Source: Microgenomates group bacterium GW2011_GWF2_46_18 (lineage in GTDB: Bacteria; Patescibacteriota; Microgenomatia; UBA1400; UBA12108). From it: DNA of 50,261 nt. Shown here one piece after another: positions 13,027 to 22,848 of this stretch (positions are counted from its first letter, which is position 1; every line of letters starts with the position of its first letter). The stretch covers positions 3,434 through 53,694 of the forward strand of contig LCMB01000002.1 of NCBI GenBank assembly GCA_001002415.1. The letters are read 5' to 3'. Under the pieces are notes generated by a model that was not told where the DNA came from, did not search any database, and saw only the letters and a program-made list of their open reading frames with translations. The position numbers were made by a program, and so were the translations under genes.

Positions 13027-13735
13027 CGGTAAGCTGTATGTGATTGGGACACCAATCGGGAACTTGGGGGATATTACTTTACGGGCGATTGAGAGTTTGG
13101 GGAAAATTGAAATTTTGTTTTGTGAAGACAGCCGAGTAAGTTCACGCCTGATCAATTATTTGCAGGAAAAGAATTTTTTTCGAGGTAAGCCAAGATATAT
13201 TCCCTATAATGAATTTAACGAAAAAAGAATTTGGGAGAGCGTCGTTACCGAAGTTGCCAGCGGGAAGCAAGTGGGACTAGTAAGCGATGCTGGGATGCCG
13301 GCGATTTCTGACCCAGGCTATCGTGCAATTAAGGGTTGTTTGGATGAAAAGTTGGAGGTAGAGATTATCCCAGGAGTGACGGCACTCACGACCGCATTGC
13401 CCTGGAGCGGAATGGGAGGAGAAGTAATGATCTACGTCGGGTTTTTGCCGAAATCAAGTGGAAAAGCGAGGCGGGTTTTGGAAGGGGCTTATGCATTAAT
13501 GACTAAGTTGCCCTCAACACGAGTAGTTTTATATGTCTCACCACACCGCTTAGTCAAGGATCTGGAGTTGATCAAAGATGTAATGGGAGAAGTGAAAGGA
13601 GTGTTAATGCGAGAGCTAACGAAGATGCACCAGGAAAGAAGGGAAGGGACGGTGGAGGAGCTAATTAAGATGTACCAGGCAAAGAGTGTGAAGGGAGAGT
13701 TGGTGTTGGTTTTGCAGAAGGGTGAATCAGAGTAG
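13019..13735 (+). CDS. rsmI: 16S rRNA (cytidine1402-2'-O)-methyltransferase
   Basis: LYVIGTPIGNLGDITLRA, FCEDSR and SDAGMPAISDPGY motifs of RsmI-type tetrapyrrole-methylase-fold enzymes. Confidence 0.8.
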   Translation: MNSGKLYVIGTPIGNLGDITLRAIESLGKIEILFCEDSRVSSRLINYLQEKNFFRGKPRYIPYNEFNEKRIWESVVTEVASGKQVGLVSDAGMPAISDPGYRAIKGCLDEKLEVEIIPGVTALTTALPWSGMGGEVMIYVGFLPKSSGKARRVLEGAYALMTKLPSTRVVLYVSPHRLVKDLELIKDVMGEVKGVLMRELTKMHQERREGTVEELIKMYQAKSVKGELVLVLQKGESE

Positions 13736-15340
13736 GCTGCGACCTGACATGCCACTAGGCTTAGGAATACCCAAAATTTTGAGAATGGTTGGAGCAATGT
13801 CACCGAGAATCCCGCGAGGAAGTTGTTTGAGAGTGTGTTGATAGGCGCGACCAGCGATAATAAGAGGGACTGGGAAGGAAGAGTGTTCGGTATCTTTCTC
13901 GCCAGTTTGGAGGTTAATCAATTCTTCGACATTTCCATGATCGGCGGTAATTAAGAGACTCCAGGATTCATCCTGCATCACCCGGTCGTAAATCTGCCGA
14001 ACCCAACCATCAACTAGCGTACAGGCTTTGATTGAAGCGGCCAAATCGCCGGTATGGGCAACCATATCCGGATTGGCGTAATTGATGACGATCAGATCGT
14101 AAAGATTGGACTGAATAGCTTGAATTAGTTTGGCGGTTTGTTCGGCGCCGGACATTTCGGGTTTTAAATCGTAGGTAGGAACCTTGGGAGAAGGGGTAAT
14201 CTGGACATCTTCACCAGGGAAGGCAAGATCCCGCTGGCCATTAAAGTAGTAGGTGACAAAACGTTCCTTTTCACTTTCGGAGAGTTTAAGCTGACGACGG
14301 CCGGAGAGAGCCACCACCCGAGAGAGCGGCATCTCGACAAATTCGGGGGGGAAAGCGGGGGCGGCGGAGTTATTCTTTTCGTATTCGGTCATAGTGACAA
14401 AGAAGAGATTCTGGCAAATTTTCTGGCGGACAAAACCCGTACTGACGGGAGCGGTATAACTCAAGTGAGAATGCTGGTATTTAATGGCATAGGGATCGAA
14501 GGATTCGGGAACTTTGGTAAAGTCGGGTTGAGTCATGGCCAGAGCACGAGTAAGTTCACGCGGCCGATCAATACGATAGTTAAAGAAAATGACGGCATCG
14601 TTATCGCTGATTCGGGGGGTGCCTTGGGCAATAATGGGTTTAATAAATTCATCGGTTTCTTTGGCGGTGTGTCTAGCTTGAATGGTGGAGGCAAGGTTAG
14701 TACTAACCTCTCCGACCCCATTAACCAAAGCGTCGTAGGCAACTTGGATACGTTCCCAACGGTGATCGCGATCCATAGCGAAATAGCGACCCATAATAGT
14801 ACAGATTTGGCCAAGGCCGAGTTTGGCGAGAGTTTGTTCGATGACGGCTAGGTATGAGGGTGAAGAAGTGGGGGGGGAGTCGCGGCCATCGGTAATTAGG
14901 TGAAGATAGACTTGATCAAGTTTTTGCTCTTGGGCAAAATGGAGGAGGGCAAAAAGGTGATCGTTACTGCTGTGAACTCCACCCTGCCCAATCAAGCCCA
15001 GTAAGTGAAGGTGGCTATGATGAGTTTTGACGTGCTCCACAGCTTGGAGAAAAGCTTTGTTTTGAAAAAAGGTTCCGGAGGCAATAGCCATATTGATCCT
15101 TGGGAGGTCCTGGTAAACAATCCGACCAGCCCCAATATTGAGATGACCGGTTTCGGTATTGCCGTCTTCCCCTTTGGGAAGGCCGACCGCTTCGCCAGCG
15201 GCCAAAAGCTCGGTATGAGGGAAGCTATTGGTCAACAGATTCATGGTAGGAGTTTGAGCAGCCTTGATGGCATTACCCGCGTAGGTAGGTCCAATCCCCC
15301 AACCATCCAAAATGACTAAGACAACACGATTTTTGCTCAT
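13727..15340 (-). CDS. gpmI: 2,3-bisphosphoglycerate-independent phosphoglycerate mutase
   Basis: VVLVILDGWG N-terminus, ADHGN near the C-terminus, and a length of 537 aa. Confidence 0.9.
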   Translation of the reverse strand: MSKNRVVLVILDGWGIGPTYAGNAIKAAQTPTMNLLTNSFPHTELLAAGEAVGLPKGEDGNTETGHLNIGAGRIVYQDLPRINMAIASGTFFQNKAFLQAVEHVKTHHSHLHLLGLIGQGGVHSSNDHLFALLHFAQEQKLDQVYLHLITDGRDSPPTSSPSYLAVIEQTLAKLGLGQICTIMGRYFAMDRDHRWERIQVAYDALVNGVGEVSTNLASTIQARHTAKETDEFIKPIIAQGTPRISDNDAVIFFNYRIDRPRELTRALAMTQPDFTKVPESFDPYAIKYQHSHLSYTAPVSTGFVRQKICQNLFFVTMTEYEKNNSAAPAFPPEFVEMPLSRVVALSGRRQLKLSESEKERFVTYYFNGQRDLAFPGEDVQITPSPKVPTYDLKPEMSGAEQTAKLIQAIQSNLYDLIVINYANPDMVAHTGDLAASIKACTLVDGWVRQIYDRVMQDESWSLLITADHGNVEELINLQTGEKDTEHSSFPVPLIIAGRAYQHTLKQLPRGILGDIAPTILKILGIPKPSGMSGRSLL

Positions 15341-16599
15341 TACGACTCTTGAGCTAGATATTGCTCGATTTCGAGGAGGCGGTTATATTTGGCAACCCGT
15401 TCACCTCGGTCGGGAGCCCCAAATTTGGCGTACGAAGAACTCATCCCCACGGCAAAATCGGCGATAAAGGTGTCGTTGGTTTCGCCGGAGCGGTGGGAAA
15501 CGATGGTGTTAATGTGATTGGCCTCGGCAACTTTCATGAGCTCAATAGTTTCGGTAATAGTGCCTGTTTGGTTGGGTTTGACGATTACCGCTGTACAGCT
15601 TTTTTGGTCAATGGCTTTTTGCAGGCGTTTGGCATTGGTGGAGACCAAATCATCGCCAACAATCATGGTAGTGTCAGGAAGAGCCGCTACCAGTTGTTGC
15701 CAACCTTCCCAGTCCTCTTGGGCGAGCGGATCTTCAAGACTCAAAAGACCATAGGTTTTGACCAAATCGACGTAAAGGGCAATTAATTCCTCGCGAGAGA
15801 GAGGGCGAGGAGAGTCTTTGATGGGATATTTGTTGCTGACAAAAAACTCATCAGCCGCAACGTCTAGGCCCAGGAAAAGTTCTTGACCAAGCCGGTAGGA
15901 GGAGTTTTTGATGACTAAAGCCAAGATTTCGAGAGCGTCGGCATTGGTAAAAAGGTTGGGGGCAAACCCACCTTCGTCTCCGACACTATGGACCGCGTTA
16001 CGACGAATGAGCTCTGTTTTGAGATTAGTCCAGGTTTCGGTGCCGGCCCGAAGGGCATCATGATAAGACATCTTGGTACTAGGAATCACATGAAATTCCT
16101 GGAAATCGAGATTACCCGCGCCATGTTTACCGCCGTTAATAAGATTAAAAACAGGGCCGGGAATCTTGGGCGGAGTGTGAGGGTGATAACGAGTGTTGAT
16201 GTAGCTAAAAAGAGGCACATTGGCAGCACTGGCGGCGGCTTTGAGAGAGGCGATCGAGACAGCGAGAATGGCGTTAGACCCCAAGCGGCTTTCGTTGGGA
16301 GTCCCGTCAAGGTTAAGCATAAGTTGATCAATCCCCTCTTGATCGGAAACATCGTGACCAAGCAAAGCTGGACCAAGGACGGTATTTACATTCCCGACGG
16401 CTTTGAGCACTCCCTTGCCATTGAAGCGGGCGGGATCATTGTCGCGGAGCTCAACATCTTCGGCTTTGCCGGTACTGGCGCCGGACGGGACTGAAGCGGT
16501 GCCAAAAACACCGGAATCGGTCAAAACCGAGACTTCGACGGTGGGGACGGCGCGACTGTCAAGAATTTCGCGGGCAATGATCCGGGTAATTTTGGGCAT
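15340..16599 (-). CDS. eno: Enolase
   Basis: ITRIIAREILDSRAVPTVEV, SHRSGETNDTFIADFAV. Start trimmed to ATG 16599, right after the ppsA stop. Confidence 0.9.
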   Translation of the reverse strand: MPKITRIIAREILDSRAVPTVEVSVLTDSGVFGTASVPSGASTGKAEDVELRDNDPARFNGKGVLKAVGNVNTVLGPALLGHDVSDQEGIDQLMLNLDGTPNESRLGSNAILAVSIASLKAAASAANVPLFSYINTRYHPHTPPKIPGPVFNLINGGKHGAGNLDFQEFHVIPSTKMSYHDALRAGTETWTNLKTELIRRNAVHSVGDEGGFAPNLFTNADALEILALVIKNSSYRLGQELFLGLDVAADEFFVSNKYPIKDSPRPLSREELIALYVDLVKTYGLLSLEDPLAQEDWEGWQQLVAALPDTTMIVGDDLVSTNAKRLQKAIDQKSCTAVIVKPNQTGTITETIELMKVAEANHINTIVSHRSGETNDTFIADFAVGMSSSYAKFGAPDRGERVAKYNRLLEIEQYLAQES

Positions 16600-16600
16600 A

Positions 16601-18883
16601 TTACTTTTTGATAAGTTTAAGTTCGGTGTCGTAGAGAACTTGGCGGGTTTTGTCGATGACATCGGGGGTCACGCTGACACTAGTTACCCCTAGCCGACAG
16701 AGAAATTCGGCAAAGTCGGAGTGAGAACTGGGAGCTTGACCGCAGACACTCACGGTCACCCCGCGTTTGTGGGCGGTTTTGATGATATGTTCGAGAGCCC
16801 AGAGGACGGCGGGGTTACGCTCGTCGTAGTCGGAAGCCACTGTTTCATTGTCACGGTCGGTGCCAAGCATAAGCATGGTCAAATCGTTGGTCCCGACGGA
16901 GATGCCGTCAATACCAACATCAATAAAGGAATCGAGAAGAATGACGTTAACCGGGATCTCGACCATCATCCAGAGTTTAAAGGTAGAGGTACGAGGGAGT
17001 CCGGAAGCAATCACGAGTTTTTTGACTTGCTGCATTTCTCTGACATTTCGAACAAAGGGGATCATTAAGTGAAGATTTTTGTAACCCAATTTTTGGCGGA
17101 CTTTTTTGATGGCTTCGAGCTCGAGCTCAAAGACGTCGGCGTCGTGAATGTAGCGATAGGCTCCGCGATAACCGAGCATGGGATTGGGTTCAACGGGCTC
17201 GTACTCTTTGCCGCCTTTGAGGTGGCTGTATTCGTTAGTTTTGAAATCAGTGGCGCGGTAGACTACCGGTCGGTCGCCAAAAGCCGCACAGATTTTGCTC
17301 ATACCCTCGGCCAGTTGATTAACAAAAACGTGGCTTTGCTTGTCTTTGATGAGTTTTTTGGGATGAGTGCCGATATTGGCAATCATAAATTCGGCCCGCA
17401 ATAGTCCCACTCCATCGACATTGCGCTTGGCAATTTCCTCAGCAAGATCAGGTTCACCCAAGTTAACATAGACTTTGGTGGCAGTTTTGAGGGTAACGGC
17501 GGGCGCGTGGTAGGCCGCTTGAGTGGGAGCAAAATTGACAGAAGAGGCTTTGAGACTACTTGCGTAAACTTCTCCTTTGGCGCCGTCGACTGTGACAACC
17601 CGACCTGGTTTGAGCGACGTTGTAGCCGTTTTGGTGCCCACGACACAGGGAACACCGAGCTCGCGGCTGACGATCGCGGCGTGGCTAGTTTGACCGCCTT
17701 TGTTGGTAATGATGGCTACCGCTTTTTTCATCGCAGGAACAAAGTCGGGAGTAGTCATATCCGTGACCAAAATGTCACCGGCTTTGATGCGATTAATTTC
17801 CCGGGCTGATTTGAGAATATTGACAATACCAGTGGCAACGCCAGGACTAGCAGGCTCTCCCGTTAGAATGACTGGGCCGGTAATAGTTTGGACGGCTTTG
17901 TCGACAGCGGCCTGTTTGGCGGTGGTGGCCGTAATGGTCGTGATCGGCCTGGTTTGGACTACAAATAATTTGCCATTTTCGATCGCCCATTCGATATCCT
18001 GAGGGAAAAAGTAGTGCTGATGCAGTTTTTTGCCGAGTTTGGCGACTTCGACTGCTTGAGCATCGGTTAATTTGCGCTTGTGAATGCGGCTGGCTGGGAC
18101 TTTGCGATCAATGTTGCCGTCGCCACTTCTGACCATTTCGATCGTTTGGGGAACCGTGCGATGGGTAACTAATTCGAGACTGGTTTTGTCGACTTCGTAA
18201 TGATCAGGAGTGATTGCCCCTTGGACAATTTTTTCTCCCAAGCCCCAGATAGCCTCGACAATGATTTGGGTCTTGTCGTTGGTCACGGGGTTCACGGTAA
18301 ACATGATTCCGGAGACATCTGACTGGACCATTTTTTGAACTGGCACAGCGAGGGCGACTTTGAAATGATCAAAACCTTGATTGACCCGATAGTAGATGGC
18401 CCGAGGTTCAAAGAGACTGGCCCAAGCTCGGCGAATATGAACTAGGAGTGAGGCATCGCCACGAACATTCAGATAGGTCTCCTGTTGGCCGGCAAAGCTG
18501 GCATTGGGGAGATCTTCGGCGGTGGCACTACTTCGCACGGCCACCAGTGGGTTAGAGCCTAATTTGTCGTAGGCTTTATAAACCTGTTCTTCGATGGCTT
18601 GGGGGAAAGGAGAACGCTCGATGATTTTTTGGACTTCGTGACTGGCACGATTGAGCGCATCGGCATCTTCCACATTCAAGCCTTTTAGAAGAGCTTTAAT
18701 TTTGTCTTCGAGCTGATTTTCTTCAATCATGTGACGGTAGGCACTACTGGTCACGACAAATCCACCAGGTACGGGGAAGCCGGCCTTGGTCATCTCGCCC
18801 AAGTTAGCACCCTTGCCCCCGACACGGGCAATATCATCTTTATCAATTTCGTGGAACCAGAGAACGAACTTTGGGGCAGTCAT
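16601..18883 (-). CDS. ppsA: Phosphoenolpyruvate synthase (pyruvate, water dikinase)
   Basis: VGGKGANLGEM ATP-grasp N-terminus, GGQTSHAAIVSRELGVPCVVG phospho-His domain and a C-terminal PEP-utilising TIM barrel. 760 aa. Confidence 0.85.
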   Translation of the reverse strand: MTAPKFVLWFHEIDKDDIARVGGKGANLGEMTKAGFPVPGGFVVTSSAYRHMIEENQLEDKIKALLKGLNVEDADALNRASHEVQKIIERSPFPQAIEEQVYKAYDKLGSNPLVAVRSSATAEDLPNASFAGQQETYLNVRGDASLLVHIRRAWASLFEPRAIYYRVNQGFDHFKVALAVPVQKMVQSDVSGIMFTVNPVTNDKTQIIVEAIWGLGEKIVQGAITPDHYEVDKTSLELVTHRTVPQTIEMVRSGDGNIDRKVPASRIHKRKLTDAQAVEVAKLGKKLHQHYFFPQDIEWAIENGKLFVVQTRPITTITATTAKQAAVDKAVQTITGPVILTGEPASPGVATGIVNILKSAREINRIKAGDILVTDMTTPDFVPAMKKAVAIITNKGGQTSHAAIVSRELGVPCVVGTKTATTSLKPGRVVTVDGAKGEVYASSLKASSVNFAPTQAAYHAPAVTLKTATKVYVNLGEPDLAEEIAKRNVDGVGLLRAEFMIANIGTHPKKLIKDKQSHVFVNQLAEGMSKICAAFGDRPVVYRATDFKTNEYSHLKGGKEYEPVEPNPMLGYRGAYRYIHDADVFELELEAIKKVRQKLGYKNLHLMIPFVRNVREMQQVKKLVIASGLPRTSTFKLWMMVEIPVNVILLDSFIDVGIDGISVGTNDLTMLMLGTDRDNETVASDYDERNPAVLWALEHIIKTAHKRGVTVSVCGQAPSSHSDFAEFLCRLGVTSVSVTPDVIDKTRQVLYDTELKLIKK

Positions 18884-18919
18884 ATATTCAATATATGATG
18901 TATATTGAACTAAGTAAAC

Positions 18920-18944
18920 CCCTACGGGGTTACACCCTGAAGGT
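18920..18944 (+). repeat. REP-like repeat copy 1 (5' flank and leader of the transposase gene)
   Basis: Exact 25-mer shared with 19626..19650. It can form ACCCC-TAC-GGGGT and ACC-CTGAA-GGT mini-hairpins. Confidence 0.9.
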
Positions 18945-19625
18945 ATGCCTGCAAAAAATATTGTTAAACAGTATGTGGAAGGTGGATATTACCACGTTTA
19001 CAACCGTGGAGTAGAGAAGAGGGAAATATTTTTAGATGAGGAAGATTATAAGAAGTTTATCGGATACTTAAAACTATATTTATCTTCCCCTACCCTACAG
19101 GGTTCAACCCTGAAGGATGAGTTTAATAGAACCATACCTCCATCACGTGCTTTAAATAATTTTTCTCAGGAAATAGAACTTGTTGCGTATTGTTTGATGC
19201 CTAATCATTTTCATTTATTACTTAAGCAGATTACGCAGCGTGGAATGGCGAGTTTTATGCAGTCTTTATTTACAAAGTACGTGATGTATTTTAATCGCAA
19301 GTACCATCGCGTTGGCGCCTTGTTCCAAGGCACATATAAAACAGTTAAGGTCGATAGTGAGGAACAACTTAAGTATTTAAGTAAATATATTCATAGAAAT
19401 CCTTTGCCGGAAAGACCTACAAGGTTACACCTTGAAGGCTTAAAGGATTATAAATACTCAAGCTACGGTAATTATCTTGGCTTGTTTAAACAGCCGTGGA
19501 TTAAACCTGCTGATGTGTTATACAGCTTTTCGAGAACCAATGATTTTTTGAGCTATAAATCGTTTGTAGAGGAGACTGGAGATGTGGAAATAATTTACAA
19601 TGAGATGATTGATTTGGATTACTGA
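18945..19625 (+). CDS. IS200-like / REP-associated tyrosine transposase (Y1 HUH family)
   Basis: YHVYNRG, HUH motif MPNHFHLLL, FQGTYK, and catalytic Tyr context YIHRNP followed by YKYSSY. Confidence 0.8.
   Translation: MPAKNIVKQYVEGGYYHVYNRGVEKREIFLDEEDYKKFIGYLKLYLSSPTLQGSTLKDEFNRTIPPSRALNNFSQEIELVAYCLMPNHFHLLLKQITQRGMASFMQSLFTKYVMYFNRKYHRVGALFQGTYKTVKVDSEEQLKYLSKYIHRNPLPERPTRLHLEGLKDYKYSSYGNYLGLFKQPWIKPADVLYSFSRTNDFLSYKSFVEETGDVEIIYNEMIDLDY
19093..19116 (+). repeat. REP-like repeat copy 2, inside the transposase CDS
   Basis: ccctacagggttcaaccctgaagg is 21/24 identical to copy 1. It encodes ..TLQGSTLK.. in a loop between conserved motifs. Confidence 0.8.
19416..19438 (+). repeat. REP-like repeat copy 3, inside the transposase CDS
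   Basis: cctacaaggttacaccttgaagg is 20/23 identical to copy 1. It encodes PTRLHLEG just after YIHRNP, in a different frame from copy 2. Confidence 0.8.
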
Positions 19626-19650
19626 CCCTACGGGGTTACACCCTGAAGGT
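19626..19650 (+). repeat. REP-like repeat copy 4 (3' flank)
   Basis: Exact 25-mer, followed by the partial echo ctaaggtgc. Confidence 0.9.
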
Positions 19651-19665
19651 GCCCCCTAAGGTGCA

Positions 19666-20733
19666 TCATTTGGCCATCTCTTGTTTAAACCAGTCCACAT
19701 TGGGAATGGGAGAGGGATTGATACCATAAAGGATCGGGAGGTAGTTTGCGACGAATTCTCCAAGCTGGATAATTTCAAAAATTTGTTCGATGACGGTGGG
19801 AGCCGTTGCTTGGATGAGGTGAGCCTCGTAACCTTTTTGTTCAATCAAAGTCTGAGTCAACGGAAAACGTTTGTGGACACGTTCAGTGTAGAGTGCAGAA
19901 TTGAAAAGGAAGAAGATCGTGGTATCTTTGGCAAGTTTGGGAAATTGGAGTGCCTCGAGATAGTGATGATTAAACTCGGGCAGTGACCATTCACTGGTCA
20001 AAACCTTACTATTTTCGTTGATTTGATTGTTGGCGACGTGGACAGCGCCGATTAGATGCTCGGCACCCACTAGGACGATATGTTTGTCGTAGGCAGCATA
20101 GGCAAGCATTTTGGCGGTGTTGTTAGCGGTTGACTCTGGCTGAAGACGAGTAACGAGAGCGGGAAGGTTTTTTACTACCTGAGAGAGGACGGATGATTGG
20201 TCGGAGATGATACCGGCTCGTCCGAACATAATAAGCTGACCGGCGAGCGCGTAGCCAATAGCTAAGCGTGGCTGATTGCAGGGATTGTGGTTAACCTGGA
20301 TTTGATAGAGCGGCCATGATTCAGCCTTGGCCAATTCGGCCAGTTTGCCGCCACTCGTTATCACCATGACCTTTGCGCCACGAGATTTGGCTTCGACTGC
20401 AGCTTGGAGGGTCTCTTCGGTGGTACCGGAGTAACTGGAGAGGAGAACTAAGGAGTCTGCGTTGACATAATTAGGAAGGGAGTAATGACTCACTACCTCG
20501 AAGGGAACTTTGAGCTCGGATTTGAAGGCATGTTTGATAATGTGGGCTGCCAGAGCCGATCCTCCCATACCAGAGACGACCACGTTTTTAACTTGGGAGT
20601 ACTCAGGTGGAACCGAGAATGATTGGGTTTGTTCTAACGTATCCTGGATCTGCAGTCCTAATGCCTCGACAGAATCGAGGAGTCCGGATTGGTCAATTTT
20701 TTTGATTTCAGTGCGCGAATCAAGAATACTCAT
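19666..20733 (-). CDS. Bifunctional phosphoglucose/phosphomannose isomerase (SIS domain, PGI/PMI family)
   Basis: SGMGGSALAAH and LSSYSGTTEETL SIS motifs, plus a PGI/PMI-type C-terminal domain. Confidence 0.7.
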   Translation of the reverse strand: MSILDSRTEIKKIDQSGLLDSVEALGLQIQDTLEQTQSFSVPPEYSQVKNVVVSGMGGSALAAHIIKHAFKSELKVPFEVVSHYSLPNYVNADSLVLLSSYSGTTEETLQAAVEAKSRGAKVMVITSGGKLAELAKAESWPLYQIQVNHNPCNQPRLAIGYALAGQLIMFGRAGIISDQSSVLSQVVKNLPALVTRLQPESTANNTAKMLAYAAYDKHIVLVGAEHLIGAVHVANNQINENSKVLTSEWSLPEFNHHYLEALQFPKLAKDTTIFFLFNSALYTERVHKRFPLTQTLIEQKGYEAHLIQATAPTVIEQIFEIIQLGEFVANYLPILYGINPSPIPNVDWFKQEMAK

Positions 20734-20737
20734 ATGG

Positions 20738-22111
20738 TTATGATCTTATCAGATTGAGGACTTCATCGCGTTTGGCTTCCATGGTGGGTTGATCAACAGC
20801 CTCAAGATTGAGTCGAAGCTTATTTTCGGTGTTACTCGGCCGAACATTAAACCAGAAATTATTATATTCGATAGTCACACCATCGAGAGTCGAAATGTTC
20901 TTGGCATCCTGATACTTGGCGGTAAGCTCGGCAATTTTGCCAACTTTATCAGCGACGATAGAGTTAATCTCGCCAGAATGAAAATATTTTTTCAGGGGTT
21001 TAATAATCTCTGAGACAGGTTTATTTTGAGCTGAAACATATTGGAGAAATTTGAGCACAAAAACAAAGGGAGCTTCAAAGGTACCATAGCTAAATTTATA
21101 GAAATAGTGCCCCGATGATTCGCCGCCGAAAACGGCATCATTTTTAATCATTGATTCCTTGATAAGTGAATGACCTACCCGAGTAACCAGCGGTTTGCCT
21201 TTGGCTTCGAGAATCATATCAAGCGTAATCTTGCCGGGACGAATATCATAGGCAACAGTTGAACCTGGCTTCTCCTTGAGGGCAATCTGAGCCATAATAC
21301 CGCGGAGAATTTCCTGGCGGATAATCTGGCCCTGATCGTCAACAAAAAAGTAGCGATCACCGTCACCGTCGGGAACAATACCGAGGTCGGCATGTTCGGC
21401 AATAACTTTGTCGATAGTAGGCTGTAAATTGGCATCAACCAGGGGATCTGGTTGATGAGCGGGGAAGGAGCCGTCGAGATCAAAATTGAGTTTAATCAAT
21501 GTGCAGGGTAGTTTTTCGAATATCTTGGCAGTATCGAGAGCACCCATAGAGTTGCCGGCATCGATAACAATTTTGAAGGGTTTAATAATTGAAGGGTCGA
21601 CGTTGGTTTCGGCAAGTTCTGATTGGTAGAGATCATCGAGGACCCCCTCTTTGTGCGTGAGCTTACCTGGTTGAGCGGATTTTTGGGGGGTTATGGTGGC
21701 ACAAAGATCCCGGAGTTGATACATCCCCGTATCTTCACTGACGGGAACTGAGCGAGTGCGGACAATTTTAAACCCATTGTCATCTTTGGGATTGTGAGAG
21801 GCAGAAACCTGAATCCCCCCATCACATTGGTAAAAGGCGGCGGCAAAGTACATCGTGGGAGTAGAAGCTAAGCCAATATCAATGACATCTACTCCGCTAT
21901 CAATTAAGCCGGCAATCAAACTTTGATGAAGGGAGGGGCTGGACAAACGCATGTCGCGGCTAACCAGCACAGTTAAATGATCTTTGTTCTCTTCTTTTTG
22001 GCGCAAATCAGCGTAGGCAAAACCTAGTTTGTAGGCAAAATCTTCGTCAATATCATCAGGATAACGGCCACGGATGTCATAAGCTTTAAAGACTGCTGGG
22101 TTAAACGCCAT
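20738..22111 (-). CDS. Phosphomannomutase/phosphoglucomutase
   Basis: FKAYDIRGRYP, phosphoserine loop SASHNPKDDNGFK and metal loop DGDGDR. Start at ATG 22111 with SD AGGAGG 6 nt upstream. Confidence 0.85.
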   Translation of the reverse strand: MAFNPAVFKAYDIRGRYPDDIDEDFAYKLGFAYADLRQKEENKDHLTVLVSRDMRLSSPSLHQSLIAGLIDSGVDVIDIGLASTPTMYFAAAFYQCDGGIQVSASHNPKDDNGFKIVRTRSVPVSEDTGMYQLRDLCATITPQKSAQPGKLTHKEGVLDDLYQSELAETNVDPSIIKPFKIVIDAGNSMGALDTAKIFEKLPCTLIKLNFDLDGSFPAHQPDPLVDANLQPTIDKVIAEHADLGIVPDGDGDRYFFVDDQGQIIRQEILRGIMAQIALKEKPGSTVAYDIRPGKITLDMILEAKGKPLVTRVGHSLIKESMIKNDAVFGGESSGHYFYKFSYGTFEAPFVFVLKFLQYVSAQNKPVSEIIKPLKKYFHSGEINSIVADKVGKIAELTAKYQDAKNISTLDGVTIEYNNFWFNVRPSNTENKLRLNLEAVDQPTMEAKRDEVLNLIRS

Positions 22112-22140
22112 AGAGTGTCCTCCTTTTAATAACCAGGCCT

Positions 22141-22848
22141 TCATCCTAGTAAATTTACCAGTAGAATGTCAAGCTGGGTAGTTAGATCAAGTTTGGTGGT
22201 GCCGGATTTAGTCTGGTAATCGATTCTTACAAGTTCGTCGTGAAAGTGGATTAATTGGGCTTCGCTCCAGCGAGCGCTTTGTGCGCGTAGTTTGGTCAGC
22301 TGCCAGGGGGCCAATTTGGCGTGAGAGCCGGATTGAGCAAGGAGGAGATTAGTCAGCTGGCGCGAGAGCATAAAAAAGATGAGAGAGGGGTCACTTTTGG
22401 TAAGCAGTTGATGAAATAGGGTAAGAGCGCGGGATAAATTGCCGGGATAGAGAGAATCGAGAAAGGTAAAGAGCTGGGTAGGAAGTTTGGCGAGAGTAAT
22501 TTTCCAGGAAGAGTTTAGTTTAGCCAGTGGAGTTTTGGCGATTTCCTTGGGTTCCCAGAGACAAAGTTGTTTGGGGCCAGAATAGGCATAGATTAACTTG
22601 AGGCAGGACTCTTTGTCTTTGGATTTGAGTCGAGAGAAAAGATTTTCGATCACAATAGTTTCGGACGCAAAAAGATTGGTAGTAGCCAGGGTGCTTTCGA
22701 GATCACGAGCCGTCAGCTTGGAGCCATCGAGGGAGCGAATCTCCTGGGAGCTTTTGCGAGCAAGGTCAAGCTGTTCAATCAGGAATTGACGAGAACCAAC
22801 CTGATCTTCACCATGAAAAAGAAAGTTAGTCATAGACAATTTGGTCAC
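22141..22848 (-). CDS. holA: DNA polymerase III delta subunit-like (short form)
   Basis: The pattern FLFHGEDQ...LFASETIVIENL and the C-terminal helical part with IDYQTKSG resemble HolA. It is only about 235 aa. Confidence 0.55.
   Translation of the reverse strand: MTKLSMTNFLFHGEDQVGSRQFLIEQLDLARKSSQEIRSLDGSKLTARDLESTLATTNLFASETIVIENLFSRLKSKDKESCLKLIYAYSGPKQLCLWEPKEIAKTPLAKLNSSWKITLAKLPTQLFTFLDSLYPGNLSRALTLFHQLLTKSDPSLIFFMLSRQLTNLLLAQSGSHAKLAPWQLTKLRAQSARWSEAQLIHFHDELVRIDYQTKSGTTKLDLTTQLDILLVNLLG

Larger units (their letters stand above)
18920..19650 (+). mobile_element. Single-gene Y1 (IS200/RAYT-like) transposase unit bounded by 25-bp perfect direct repeats
   Basis: ccctacggggttacaccctgaaggt occurs at 18920..18944, ending 1 nt before the ATG, and at 19626..19650, starting 1 nt after the TGA. 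Confidence 0.6.

Noticed and set aside
15988-16494. Long antisense or alternate-frame ORFs inside conserved genes: 15988..16494 in eno, 37175..37729 in pyrG, 45503..45988 in dnaE, 31004..31459 across atpF/atpE, 29568..29957 in atpA
   Set aside because: They are typical shadow ORFs of highly conserved genes. They have no independent start signals and give low-complexity translations.
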